Source: the human T2T-CHM13v2.0 reference genome, Homo sapiens
Length of the DNA: 64,000 bases
Strand: one strand, 5' to 3'
Assembly: GCF_009914755.1 (NCBI RefSeq)
Contig: NC_060930.1
Under the pieces are notes generated by a model. It saw nothing but the letters and a program-made list of their open reading frames with translations. It did not search any database and had not been told where the DNA came from. Below are positions 1 through 16,240 of this stretch, piece by piece. The position numbers were made by a program, and so were the translations under genes. Each line of letters opens with the position of its first letter. The first letter of the stretch is position 1.

Positions 1-180
1 AGGTTTTATTTCATGTTTGTTTACAAAATTACTATAAGAAATATTTCTATTGTCTTCAGCTTAGTTCCCACTGTTGTAGAGGATTTGAGGATCAGAGAGT
101 GGAAACACTCAAGTTTGGAGGGAGGAAGACTGAGGAACAAGGAGAGGGGAGAATGTAGGGCATACAAATACATCCTTGGA

Positions 181-1324
181 ACTGCAAAGCTACTTTAAAA
201 AAACATAGGGGGAAATCTCTATGGCATTGGTCTTAGCGATGACTTTTTTTTTTTTAACATGGCCCCAAAAACACAGGAAACAAAAGCAAAAGTAGACAAA
301 TGAGATTATATCAAATTTAAAAGTCTCTGCACAGCAAATGAAACAACCAACAAAATGAAAAGACAACATATGGAATGGGAGAAAATATTTGCAAACCATA
401 CATCTGATAAGAGGTAACTATGCAAAATATATAAGAAGTTCAAACATATCAATAGAAAGAAAACAATATTATTGAAAAATGAGCAAACTTAAATAGACAT
501 TTCTCCAAAGAAGACAAACAAATGCCAAGAATTATATGAAAAAACACTCAACATCAGTAATCATCAGGGAAATGCAAATTAAAACCACAATGAGATATTA
601 CCTCATATCTGTTAGAATGACTATCATCAAAAAGACAAAAGATGGTAAATGTTGAGAAAATAAAGGGCTTCCCTTTACTTCACATCTTAGTACAGCCGTT
701 ATGGAAAGCAAACAGAAGGGAGTTTACTCAAAAAAACTGAAAATAAAACTGTCACATGATCCAGAACTTCCACTGCCAGACGTATATCCAAAAGAAATGA
801 AATTGTATGCTGAAGAGAAATCTGTATTTTCGTGTTTATTGTAGCACTATTCATAACAGTCAAGGCATGGAATCAACCTAAATGTCCAACAATGGATAAA
901 TGGATAAAGGAAATGTGGTAGATAGATACAGTGGAATACTATTCATCCATTAAAAAGAATGAAATCCTGTCATTTGTGACAACATGGATGAACCTGGAGG
1001 ACATTATGATAAGTGAAATAAGCCAGGCACAGAAAGATAAATAGCATATGATCTCACTTATATGAGGAATCTAAAAAAGTTGAACTTACAGAAGCAAAGA
1101 GTGGAATGATAGTTACCAGGGGTTGGAGTTGAGGGGAGGAACTGAGGAGATATTGGTCAAACATACAATATTTCATTTAGACAGAAGGAATAAATTCAAA
1201 GAGATATATTGCGCAACATGGTGACTATAGTTAACAGCAATGTATTGTATACTTGAAAATTGCTGAGAGTAGATTTTAAGTATTCTCACCACAAATAAAC
1301 GATAAAAGTATGTAAGGTAAGGCA
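181..1324 (+). mobile_element. L1MA-type 3' portion (ORF2 end + 3'UTR), part 1
   Basis: Typical L1 3' motifs (ggagaaaatatttgcaa, aatggataaatggataaag, gaaataagccaggcacagaaag); broken by an LTR. Confidence 0.85.
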
Positions 1325-2494
<1,170 letters not shown>

Positions 2495-2600
2495 CATGTG
2501 TTAATTAACTTCATTTAGCCATTCCACAGTGTACACATATTTCAAAACATCATGTTGTATACCAAAAATACAAATTTTATTTGTCTATTACAAATAATTT
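2495..2600 (+). mobile_element. L1MA-type 3' terminus, part 2
   Basis: gttaattaacttcatttagccattccacagtgtacacatatttcaaaacatcatgttgta continues the element broken at 1324. Confidence 0.8.
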
Positions 2601-2798
2601 TTTAAAGAATATGTTCTTGGAATATATTCTTTAAAGTGTTCTTAGAAACATTAATGTTTAAATGTTACATTTAAACATTAACTGTTTAAATGTTCTTTAA
2701 AAATGTTCTCAGAAAATGTTGCAGAACACTTATGAATATACCATTTCATTCATTCCTAAGACTGCCTCATGGTCAAAAATGCATTTAAGACTCTATTC

Positions 2799-3219
<421 letters not shown>

Positions 3220-4129
3220 TTAGGACCAGTTATACTATATCCTAATGGGAAATAAGACCTCTATAACAGATTATGTTTACCCTTTTACTTCTGTTACCAG
3301 AAAGTTTAGAGCCAAATTTGTGACTCAATTATTGTATCTCATTAGGAGGTATTGATCTTTATACTCGTATTCTATTTCCTTCTTTGAATTACACTTTTTG
3401 GTCTTACTTCAAAGCACTGTTGTAGTTTAAAACTCTTTGACTGAAAATTATAGAAGACCACTTCAAATTTTGAATGTCTCTTCAATTTGCTTACAATATC
3501 AGAAGAGTGAACAGGGACACTCTTACTATATGAAGATAACATATTACATGGAATTCCGAAAATGTTGCAAAACCTTTCATATTATTACCTTTGCAGACAC
3601 TTATCCAGAACATACCTCAAAAGGGTATGTATCACTGGTCTTGCTTTTGATTTTTTTTTAATCCCTTCTTTTCTGTCTCTCTGTCCTCTTCCCCATCTCC
3701 ACAACCTGGCTCTACATCCTAAAAGAGAGCCACAAAGTCTTCATCATGTTCCAGACCCAGACTAGAAATGCAGCTGATGGAACCGTGATTTTTGTCTCTC
3801 CTATCAATCAAAGGGGGCCCTTGAATCTCTCCAAGTTTTGAGAAGAAGCATCTACAAGTCAAATTTCTCTTGCTAATGTTGACCTTCTTTTCAATGCATA
3901 ACTATTGCATCATTTTGTAAACAAGGTTTTCAGCTCTATTTTCTGTCATACTAAAACTCTTCTAGAGATTGGATGAAGAAGGGGGAGGAAAGAAAACCCC
4001 ATCCTGCCACATGTGTCAAAAATGTAATTTGTTAGACATATTCCAAAGTATTCCATGTAAACCCAGGAATTGTAGGAACTTGGACATACAGTCTCTCACT
4101 CTGTGTGGTTGTACCAGCTTTTCCATATT

Positions 4130-4365
4130 GGCTCCACATTTGAAATATAGTATATCTTTAATCTGACTACTTCTCACCACCTTCTTCATAAGCATCCTAA
4201 TAGGAGACACCATCATCCCTAGACCAAAAGCCCATGATAGCCTTCTTCCTAGTTTCCCTGCTTCTACTGCTCCCCACCCCTCTCCCCCACCCCCCATCCA
4301 CTTCATGGTCAATTCTCCATAAGAGAAACCAGAGTGGTCCTTTTAACATAAATCTGATCATGTTT
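4130..4365 (+). mobile_element. L2 fragment
   Basis: caccatcatc...ccagagtggtccttttaacataaatctgatcatg resembles the L2 consensus. Confidence 0.6.
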
Positions 4366-4389
4366 AAAAGGTGCATAAAACTTGTACTT

Positions 4390-6310
<1,921 letters not shown>

Positions 6311-6468
6311 TGTCTAGTTAGAAATAGACTCCTGAGTTCTGTCCTGGACTAAGCAAACTTACTGAATGACAGAGAAACATATCTCTATTAACACAATTCT
6401 TGGCACATAATGAGGCACATCTTTAAATCTGATGATGAATTAATTTTCCTAGGGCATCAGAACTTTTT

Positions 6469-6498
6469 TTTTTATTATACTTTAAGTTCTGGGGTACA
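6469..6498 (-). mobile_element. 30-bp L1PA 3'-tip insertion
   Basis: The minus strand reads tgtaccccagaacttaaagtataat+A-tail; perfect 15-bp TSD gcatcagaacttttt at 6454-6468 and 6499-6513. Confidence 0.88.
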
Positions 6499-6966
6499 GC
6501 ATCAGAACTTTTTACCATTTTATCTTTAAAATAACTTTAAAAAGATATACATTGGTAATATGTATATCTTGCTGGAAGCAGGGCGACATAATATAAGTCA
6601 AAATTTTGTAAAGATATGTGGTGATAGTTTGTCTTGAAGAGGAAATATTTAAAAGTCCATTGTTGCTCATAATTAAACAGGGTGTTTGGTCCTCTTAGCA
6701 AACAACACAAGCAAATTTCAATATAATCAGTTCAGGTCTTTGATTCAGCAACATTTTGATGACCAGTAGTTGAAGCCAAAATATCTTGGCATAGAACACT
6801 AAGATAATCAAAAGACATCAATGTCAACTATACAATCCAAGGATTCTCCATATTGTATTCAACTTTTGAGAATTCCTTTAATTCCAGGAATATGACAACT
6901 CCAACCTGTAGATCTGTACTTTAGAACTATCTTCAGGGTTTTCCTTGTGCAAAATTAAATAGGCAA

Positions 6967-7393
6967 TGTTAAACTGGCTAGTTGCTCACCAACCGCTTTT
7001 TTTTTTCTTGGGCACTCAACTAGACTACATTTCCCAGCCTCTCTATCCATTATGCATGCCATGTGACTGGGTTCTAGCCAACAGAATGTGAGAAAATGTG
7101 ATGTGTGACACTTCTAGTCCAGAATCATAAAAGCCCTCACACTTGACCCTCCAGGTTCTTGCCCCTCCCCTGGCTTGATGGAGAGGAACTTAGAGGCCAC
7201 ACATTAAAGGTGGTAGACCACACAATTCAAGGAGTCTAGGTTCCTGAACTATAGCTTAGGAAGACAGCTGCTTGCCAATCAGAAATACTTGTTTTGGACT
7301 TCCTGTGAGCAAGAAATAAGTTTTCTTAGGATTAAGCAACTGAAATGTATGGATTTATCTGTTGTAGCAACAGGTAATACGTTAATTAATGCA
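6967..7393 (+). mobile_element. MaLR LTR (MLT1I/J-like)
   Basis: actacatttcccagcctc, gccatgtgactgggttctagccaa and gagcaagaaataag motifs. Confidence 0.7.
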
Positions 7394-9074
7394 GTAGGTT
7401 TTGTCACCCATAACTGCCTCCCAAAGCCCCACTCCCTACCCACCACTTTATTTCCTCTCTTCAATGACTTCTTTCTTCCCTTTATTCCCACACACATTTC
7501 ACCATACAGTCTCTAGATCCTGGGCCTAGGGCAGGCTTGAGGGCAATGCCCCATCAGTCCCTACAGAGAGCTATCCTTTTTCAGCTTTGCACACAAGGCA
7601 CCATTTAGAAGGAAGAGGACTGATTGAGTCCTTGCTGAGGGAGAATGTGAGCCCAGCCTGAACTCCTGGGAAGCAAAAAGTGGAGCAGAAATGGAAAGGG
7701 TGATGACCCACGTTCTCATTTGCTCACTGAGGGCTGGAGGCCGATCTGCAGACATTTGTGGCTGCAGTACAAGCTCTGCAGGGAGAGGCTTGCCAAATCA
7801 TCCAAGAAAAGAAAAACCTCACTCCTGTGGCTCAGATCTGCTTCTTAAGGTGAGGTTTTGTGGTTATCTCTGCCCAGGGCTTGTGATTACTGCAATTTCT
7901 TTGTTCTTTTCTTTCCAGGAACCATCTGGCTCACCTCCTTTTTGTGAACCTATGAAAAGAAAAATCACAAAAGAAACAAACAAACAAATGAGAAAACACA
8001 CCTCTTTGCTACAGGGTAACCTAGTCAACCTTTAAATTAAAAAGCCACGAGTTTCCAACGATCTGCCTCTGACTATTCTGCATGCTGCCTGACTCCCTGC
8101 TGATAGCAGTGATTCAGAAACTTCATCTTAAGAAAGAAGGGCCTGGAACCAAAAGCAGCAAGGGATACAGAGAAAACACAGCAGACCATGAAAAGAAGTT
8201 GAGATAGAAAAAGAGGAAAGATGCAGGCTTACTTGTGTCACCCATGGAGATGCAGGAAGAGAAACCAGCTTTGAGGTGATGTGACTGTTTTTAGTTGTTT
8301 GTCAGTAAATAGCAGACATCAGCTTGAATGCAGTTGTTCAGTCATAGTTTTGATAAAAAGGATGATGTGTGCTTCTTTAAAGAGTAGCTGTTACACAGTA
8401 GGTGCTCAACAGATTATAAATGAAGGAATATAAAAAAGAAACCAGGGTAATATTTTAACAAACAAAAAAACAGAATATGGCTACTGATCATATGACTTCA
8501 AGATTTTCTTTAAATTCTTGGAAGAGGGAGGCCAGTAATATCTTTTTATATAAAGAAATCTCATTAAGCCATGTTCAATATAGGCAAATTAATTTTAGTG
8601 CCATTTAGTTCATTAATCAGAGGTTGGGCTGGCATAGAAGGTGATTCAAAATTCATAATTAAAGCAGATCTGGCCAGTTACCATGTAGACTGAATAATCT
8701 TCCTTTCCTCATATAACTAAAATAAAAACGCTTTTGGTCTAGTTTCTAACATTTTCTCTTTGGTGCTTTGATTGGGACCTAGTATTGTTTCTCCTGTTCT
8801 GTCTTATAGTTTCTTACCTGGCCTCAACCACTTGGAATATAAACCACCTTCAATCTAAAAGAAAAAAAAAAATACAACTTTGACCAGTCAAGGGACAAGA
8901 GCCTCACTTTTGAAGAAACAGCGCAGTGTTCCAGTCCATGTCCAATCTACGTCACAGGTGATGCACTAGTACCAGAATTAGCATTACAAACAAAAGAAAA
9001 GGTAGGCTTAGGCAAATCCAAAGCAGATGGCTTCTGCCATGTTTGTCAACTGAGAAGGACCACTGAAAGATGAA

Positions 9075-9180
9075 TCATTAGTTCTGGATACTAGTGCTGC
9101 ATCTCATGCTAATTTAAATAGTTGTGTGGCCTTGGGTTAGTTAGGTCTCTGGGCCTCAATTCTTCATCTGTTTCTAGGTG
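9075..9180 (+). mobile_element. MIR fragment
   Basis: tgtgtggccttggg...tctctgggcctcaattcttcatctg core. Confidence 0.55.
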
Positions 9181-9624
9181 TAAAAAGTCCCTTCCAGTGA
9201 AAAGAGCTGACTCAACCCAATTTGGAGTTTCCGAATCTTTGCCTAAAATAGTAATATTGATTCAAGCCTTGACATATGAAGCATTTAATTTGCTTGCTCA
9301 GGATACCCAAAACCAGATTTGGAGCTTCCAGAGTATAACGAGTCATTAAGAGAGATTTTTAAAAAACATACAATGGAGGAGGCAAGCATGCACATTCTCT
9401 CTGCATTGTGATTGTCTAAACTGACAACATTGGAAAAGTCATATTAAATATTTTTATGTTAGTTCCTTTAATCAAATAATATAGCACTCCAGTTTGCTTT
9501 CTCCCTTGCCTGTCCGTTCTCCCTTATATAATTACTTGTGACTAAATTTTACCTTTCTCACTATGGAGGAGACCAAAAATGATTTGGATAAGAGTTTGCC
9601 TTTAAGATGCTTAAAGTTAAGAAG

Positions 9625-9626
<2 letters not shown>

Positions 9627-9674
<48 letters not shown>

Positions 9675-9917
9675 TCTTATATATGTATCTTATATATACA
9701 TGTAAGACCATATATATATAGTATATGTATTGTGTGAATATATATACACATTATACTTTTATATATGTAAGTATTTTTCATCTAGTAAATACATATACAC
9801 ACATATGTATACACACACACCAGGTAAATACATAAAGGTAAGAATAAACCAGCATGTGCCAGGTAAATACAAATATATATATACACACACATATATATAG
9901 TGTGTGTGTGTGTGTGT
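9627..9917. repeat. (TA)22 microsatellite followed by degenerate TA/CA/TG repeats
   Basis: Pure TA at 9627-9670, then mixed dinucleotides. Confidence 0.95.
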
Positions 9918-10059
9918 TTCCAGGTAAAGATAAAGTGCTTGTGGCAGAAGAAAAGAGAGTCAAAGTGGTTTTTATAGAGAAAATGGCTTTTAGCGGGATA
10001 ATGGGGGATGAATTTTTTTCCATCTGTGGAGATATGGGAGAAACAATATTTATGATGAA

Positions 10060-10330
10060 GTACTGGGACTTACATTGACTTTATAAGAGCTTTGTTTTGT
10101 AGTGAGTGAGGAGTCACAGGTAACTTTTAAGCAGGGCAAGTAGCAAGCTTAGGGCCATGTTTTCAGATCTTAATCTATCAGCACTACACAGGGTAAGAGT
10201 AGGAAGAGATTAGAGACAAGGAAAGCAAGTAGGAAGTTATTGCCAGGTGAGGGGTGGAAAAGGTTGTAGATTAGCCCAGTGACTAGCAATGCAGATGGAA
10301 AGGCAGATAGGAGGACAGACTCAACAGCAT
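10060..10330 (-). mobile_element. L2 fragment
   Basis: ttttaagcagggc...gtaggaagttattgccaggtgag matches antisense L2. Confidence 0.5.
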
Positions 10331-11061
10331 TTGGCCTCTGTTTAATCCTAGAGGAAAAGTGAATAAACTTACAAGGATGATGGAGTCACTATTGGCCCTA
10401 AGGAGGAAGGTTAGGTTTAGAAGGCAACATGGTGAGATCTCATCAGGGCTAGCATATTAGCACAATTGATCGAAGGCACAGAGCCACTCAGAGTGACACA
10501 GAGCTGAGCACTTCCACGCCCCCTCCCCATTTGCTAGTATATTACAACATGGACAAATATCAAAACAGAACATAGTTTAAAGTTATATGATATATTAATG
10601 CTTTTCATAAACACAAACACAAAATCACATTGACTATTTGTACAGCCTTGGAGATAATGTCAGAAAAGTCTAGATTTGTAGACCTTTTTGAAAAGGAAGC
10701 CCATAGTCAATTTTGTAAGCGGCTAAGAATGAAAGCCAGTATGTGATAGAGATTAGGGCTATGAGAACCAACAAGGAATCAAAGCAAGAGAGAATGTTGT
10801 CTGATGACTTGGCAAATAAATACTAATATGTTACTTTAGTGGTTGTACTGTAAGTGTTTAAAATAACTGGGAATAGGTTTAAGATAAATTGATATTATTG
10901 TTAAATGTTTCATAACTTATTTTTAAATGTATTTGTTTTATCTGTAAATTACTTTCTTTTATTGGAATATGTATGTTTATGTTGTATATAAAACACTTAC
11001 TTGAGAAGCATCTTCTAAAGACTTTTACACAAGATAATAATCCCACAAATGCATGACATAA

Positions 11062-11373
<312 letters not shown>

Positions 11374-11499
11374 AGGAAATGCTATTGTCAAATGCAGTAG
11401 AGACATACTGCAAATTATACATCAGTCTACTGAAAGTTCATAGTGCCCATTGGATATCAAGGATCCTGAAAATTCTACCATTTTTCAAGCTGATGCTGT

Positions 11500-11640
11500 G
11501 TGGGGCTCATGCTCAGCCCCTTATCTCATCTCATCCCCAGAACAATCTAATGCCACAGGTGAAAACTATCTCTATCTTTCAGATTAGGAAATTGAGGCTT
11601 AGAGAAGTCAAGCAAATTGCCCAGGTTCCAAGGTCATTAA
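11500..11640 (-). mobile_element. MIR fragment
   Basis: ttcagattaggaaattgaggcttagagaagtcaagcaaattgcccagg. Confidence 0.7.
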
Positions 11641-11784
11641 ATTGACGTGAAATCTTTTTTCTCTGAACAAATTCAAAAGGCAGACACTTTGGGAAATGTT
11701 ACCCTGAGCAGACTGGTTTTCTTAACCCAAAATCACTTACTCCTACTTCTCTGTGCTGATTCTCATCCCAGATAGGAGGAAGTG

Positions 11785-11870
11785 CTTTTTCTTCTTCTCC
11801 TCCTCCTCCTTCTCCTCGTTGTCTTCCTCCTCTTCCTCTTTCTCCTTCTTGTTTCCTTTCCTTTTCTTTT
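11785..11870. repeat. Pyrimidine-rich (TTC/CTC)n low-complexity tract
   Basis: Seen directly in the sequence. Confidence 0.8.
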
Positions 11871-14597
11871 GGTAGTAGGCATTAGGAAGGTCATAATGCG
11901 AAGAAGACACTAACTACTTCCTTAAATCTTTAAATACCTAAATCCTAAAAAGGTGATGCAAATGTCAACTTGAATTTCCTCTTCTCTATTAACACACTCT
12001 AGGTTTAGACTATTTCTGACTAACTGTATACAGGCTCACCACTTTCGATGCACCCCAGTTCAACAATTAGAATAAAAAGATGCATTAAAAGGGCCCATGC
12101 TTGCATTTTTCTAGCAAACTGAACACATAAAAATAATTGTGCCTGCTGGAAATGACCAGACCCTATGTTCAAAGAGGAAGATTAATGAATTCTCACTTTA
12201 TAGGAAAAGTATAGGAAGTCCAAGCAAGACTACCCAAATCCACACTTTAATTTGCAGACAACTAATTAGATAACAATAAAAAGTGTCCTAAGTCCCCACT
12301 CTAAAGCCCAGCTGAAACTACCAGCTAGCAAATGATTCTAATTATTCTAGAGAAAAGAGTAGATGTTTGTGTATGTGCTCATAGCAGAACAGGAAATAAG
12401 CCCCTGATCAAAAAAGAATTTCTAACAACTCAGAAAAGTGTATAGGATCCCTATGATGAAAAGAAATATAAAGGAAGATGTAGTTTTCTCAAATCGTTGT
12501 CAATATCAGAGAGCAGTTGCTTGGCAAATGCTAAGACCTGGGAAAAGAAACTATTCAGCTTTTAATCTCTATCTTCTTATTTTCTCAGAATCTATCAAAA
12601 TAATATATTGTTTTATATTGTAGAAAGGTAGCTTCTTGAAGCCTTAAGAAGAATTTTAAAACTTCGGTATCAAACATCTCATTAAAGACAAACTTTTACT
12701 TACTTCCAGACAATAGAATAACTTGTAAAATTGGAATCTGGTATTTTTATAAAGAAACTGCGGTCTTACACTTAAATCCAAAATAATAAATCTGTCCTAT
12801 ACAATAAAAATAAATTTTATATTTTTGAAAAGTATTTTTACACTGTAATTATATGCATAATTGTGAATTTTAGAAAGTTGAGTCAAATTGTAGGCTGACA
12901 TTTAAAAATATGCATTATATACAAATTGCAAGTAGAGTAACATGTACACTTTTGTATTTATTGAACTATGGTCTCGTATTTTGGGGTAAGAAATGTATTC
13001 ATGTGTCGTTAAAGAATACCATGTACATTGTCCGTTCTGAAGATATAAATACTGCGCACATTTATACCAAAGTTTCATTTATATTTGACATTTTTGGTTT
13101 CCCAAGATTTCCTGTTCTAGCCACATTATGTTTTAATTCCTTGGCAAGATAATGAACATTTGGTTCTATTTTTTTGTAACTCAAGGGGTTTAAAATATTG
13201 ATAATTAATGATATTTGTGGATCATTATCTTTGTTTTTGTCTTACTCTGACTTCAAGAATTTTTAATCCTCTTTGCTCCATCCCACCTCTCATGCTTATC
13301 TCAGGTGATCCCACGGCTTGATGAACACGTGATTCTTGGCTTCTGTGGCTATTGTCCTTATGACCTATAGCCATCAATTGTGAAGGATGGTTTCTTGTGT
13401 TTATCCAGTGAAAGAACAGTAATCCCAGTACCCAAATAGATTCCTGAAAACCCCTAAATTAGAAGACAGCAATAGTAGGGTTTTCTTGAATTTACTTCCA
13501 ACATCAGTCTCCTGAACTGATTTTGGAATTGAATTCAACATCAGCGGTCTGCTGTTTGAAGTGAATTCAAGAACTATTTATTTTAACTAAATATTTATAT
13601 TAACTAAAAAGGCAAAACAGACCCTTCACACAAATTAACAATAGGTCTGTACAATTGACATCCAATTTACCATCCATTGTTAAATTTTAATCTTCTTCCA
13701 ATGTGATGTTAAGTAAAGTGGTATTTGGGGCTGGCTGCTGCAGTGTATATGTATACACACATATGAGAAACTATAGTGTTTTTTAAAAATGTATATGCTC
13801 AAGTGCTTTTATTTTACAATTGAGAAAAATGGATAAAATCTAGGTATGTGTGCATCATTGATCACTGGAATGGCATTCTACAATGTATGCTAGGGCTGCT
13901 GGAAATTTAGTGGATTTAGTGCTCGACCTGATGAGAAGTCATTAGCGAATGTCTAGAGTAGAAGAGGCCAAGAAAAGACAGCTTTCATCTCGCTTTGGGG
14001 AATATGAAAGAATGCTACAAAGGATCCTAGAGGACTCTGCTGCCTTCTAGTTGTTAATGAAAAAGGAGACCTGGACATTAATTCATGGGCGTGCTAATTA
14101 ATTTAGATGACATCAGTGTCCTCATCAGGACCTTGGAAGAGCCTGACCATCCTCTCCTGAAGGCACTGGGCTTCCTTGGATTTGTCCTTTGAAAAATGCT
14201 CATTCTGCTAAGCCTCGAGGAAAATCTACAGGACATTAGGAAGTTACAAGAAATGAGTTTCAATTCTGAAAAGATGGAATCCAAGCTATTAATTTAGATA
14301 GTCAAAGGTAGTCCTGGATTCAATGTTCATAGGAGGTTTGTAAAAGAACATTCCAAGAGAGTCAGTCACCTTTTTTTAATCAAACGTAATGTTGTACAGT
14401 GTAAGACAGGCATTAATAAAGAAGAAATCCCAAATTAGGACCCCAAACTGAAGGATTTGACAAATGTTCAGTTTAAAGTCCTATAACTAAGCTACCAACT
14501 CAGCCAAACAATTTGTTATATATCTTGATGCTAGTTCTGAGAGCTTAGGGACTAGACTATGTCAAGACATTGAAGTCAAGAAGCCTATAGCAAAACT

Positions 14598-14783
14598 GAT
14601 GGGCATGGTGGCACACACCTGTAATCCCAGCTACTCTGGGGGCTGAGCTGGAGGATTGCTTGAGTCCAGGAATTAGGGGCTGCAGTGAGCTATGATTGTA
14701 CCACTGCACTCTGTCTAGCCTGGGTGACAGAGCAAGATGTTGTCTCTAAAAATAAAAACAAAAAACAAAATAAACAAAACAAA
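14598..14783 (+). mobile_element. Free Alu monomer (FRAM/FAM-like) with A(C)-rich tail
   Basis: Single arm with old diagnostics (gaggattgcttgag, gctgcagtgagctatgatt). Confidence 0.8.
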
Positions 14784-14784
14784 T

Positions 14785-15005
14785 GAACACTTATTAAAGA
14801 CTTACTATTTGTCAGGCACTCTTCTAAGCATTTATACATATTAAGTTACTCAAGGTGTTTAATCCCCACAACGAATCTCTCTGATCCCATTTTACCTGTG
14901 AGGGAATTGATACATTCAGTTACACAACTAGTTTGTAAAGGAACCAACATTCAACAGCTGTCCAGCTCCAGTGCCCAGGCTTTTGGTCAATATACTGTGT
15001 TTCCC
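14785..15005 (-). mobile_element. MIR
   Basis: cttactatttgtcaggcactcttctaagcattt...cccattttacctgtgagggaattga. Confidence 0.7.
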
Positions 15006-15102
15006 TAGCTTTTGCCAGGAAAAATTATGTATCTAATACAGAAGCCAGATACCCTGTGAGTATATCAGAGTTCCTGGCTTTCACTGACAGTTTGAGTGAG
15101 GG

Positions 15103-15478
15103 GTGCTGTTCTGGATCTTTCATTAGCTCCTCCAGATCCACTTTATCCTGTTTGATGCCTCAGCAGGCTCCCCTGCCGTCCTGAGATCAGGAGGCAAGAA
15201 AAGAAGGGTAAGGTATTCTCCTCCACCACCTCCACGCCCCCCTCGCCATGTCCCTGGAGGTCAGCTACTTCTCTCTAATGAAGGCCTCAGGCACTGTCAG
15301 GTTTCAATGACCATTTCTTTGTGCCTTCTTGCCTGGGGTGGTAATGACAGGTGTGGTTCTCAATCCCTGAGCTTCTACCACTCCTGTTGCTTCTCTTACA
15401 TATGGCCCCCTTCTTTGTGAAGAATTCCCTTTATTAAGCCATTTTCATCAGGTTCCTGCAAGAACCCAGACAGATGCA
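15103..15478 (+). mobile_element. Old ERVL LTR (LTR33-like)
   Basis: TG...CA ends; ccctttattaagcc signal region; terminal cctgcaagaacccagacagatgca. Confidence 0.45.
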
Positions 15479-15699
15479 GGGGCCTTTTGATGGATGGAGT
15501 GCCAGCAGCCCACTTCTCTTTGTATTTACCATTTGTGAGGCAGCAGTGAGGAGACACGGCATCTAAGTGCTCATCTTCACTAAAGGGTCGTGTTGATGCT
15601 CTTTCCTGACTGTATCTCCAGGCTCTCAGGATCATCTGAGTTCTCCAACACATAAGACCTCACCTTCTATGAGGTGGGACAGAAAGGTTGTGACTATCC

Positions 15700-16240
15700 T
15701 CATTTGTTCACTTATTTATTTATTTATTCGTGCAAAAATATTTTCTGAACACTTACTATGTGTTGGGCATTGTGCTAGATGCTGGGGATACAGCCATAAA
15801 CAAGGCAGATTAGCGCCCTGCTCTCATGAAGCTTACAACTTAGTGGGCAGAGACAGAAAATAATCAATAAGCCTAATAATTTTGATAACTGCTATGAAGA
15901 CTATAAATTAGAATAGTGGTTACAGAAAACAACTCGCTGCTGGGTGAGGAAATGCTGGTTTCAGTAAGGTGATAAGGAAAGGCTTCTTTGAAGAGGTGAC
16001 AACATGATGGGAAGGATATAGTCATGTGAAGAGCTGGAGACAGCATTCCAAGCAAAGGGACAGCAAGTACAAGATCCACGAGGAAAAGTGACATTTTTGA
16101 GGAAAGGAAAAATGGCCAATGTGGCCCAAGCAAGGTAAGTGATGAGGTAGGAGACACAGGCAGGAGCAAAATCATGTAGGGCTATTAATTCTACAATGAA
16201 TGTCAAGTCTTTCACTCTGGGCAAATTTGAGATCCTCTAT
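15700..16240 (-). mobile_element. L2a 3' end
   Basis: ttatttattc...aacacttactatgtgttgggcattgtgctagatgctggggataca. Confidence 0.8.
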
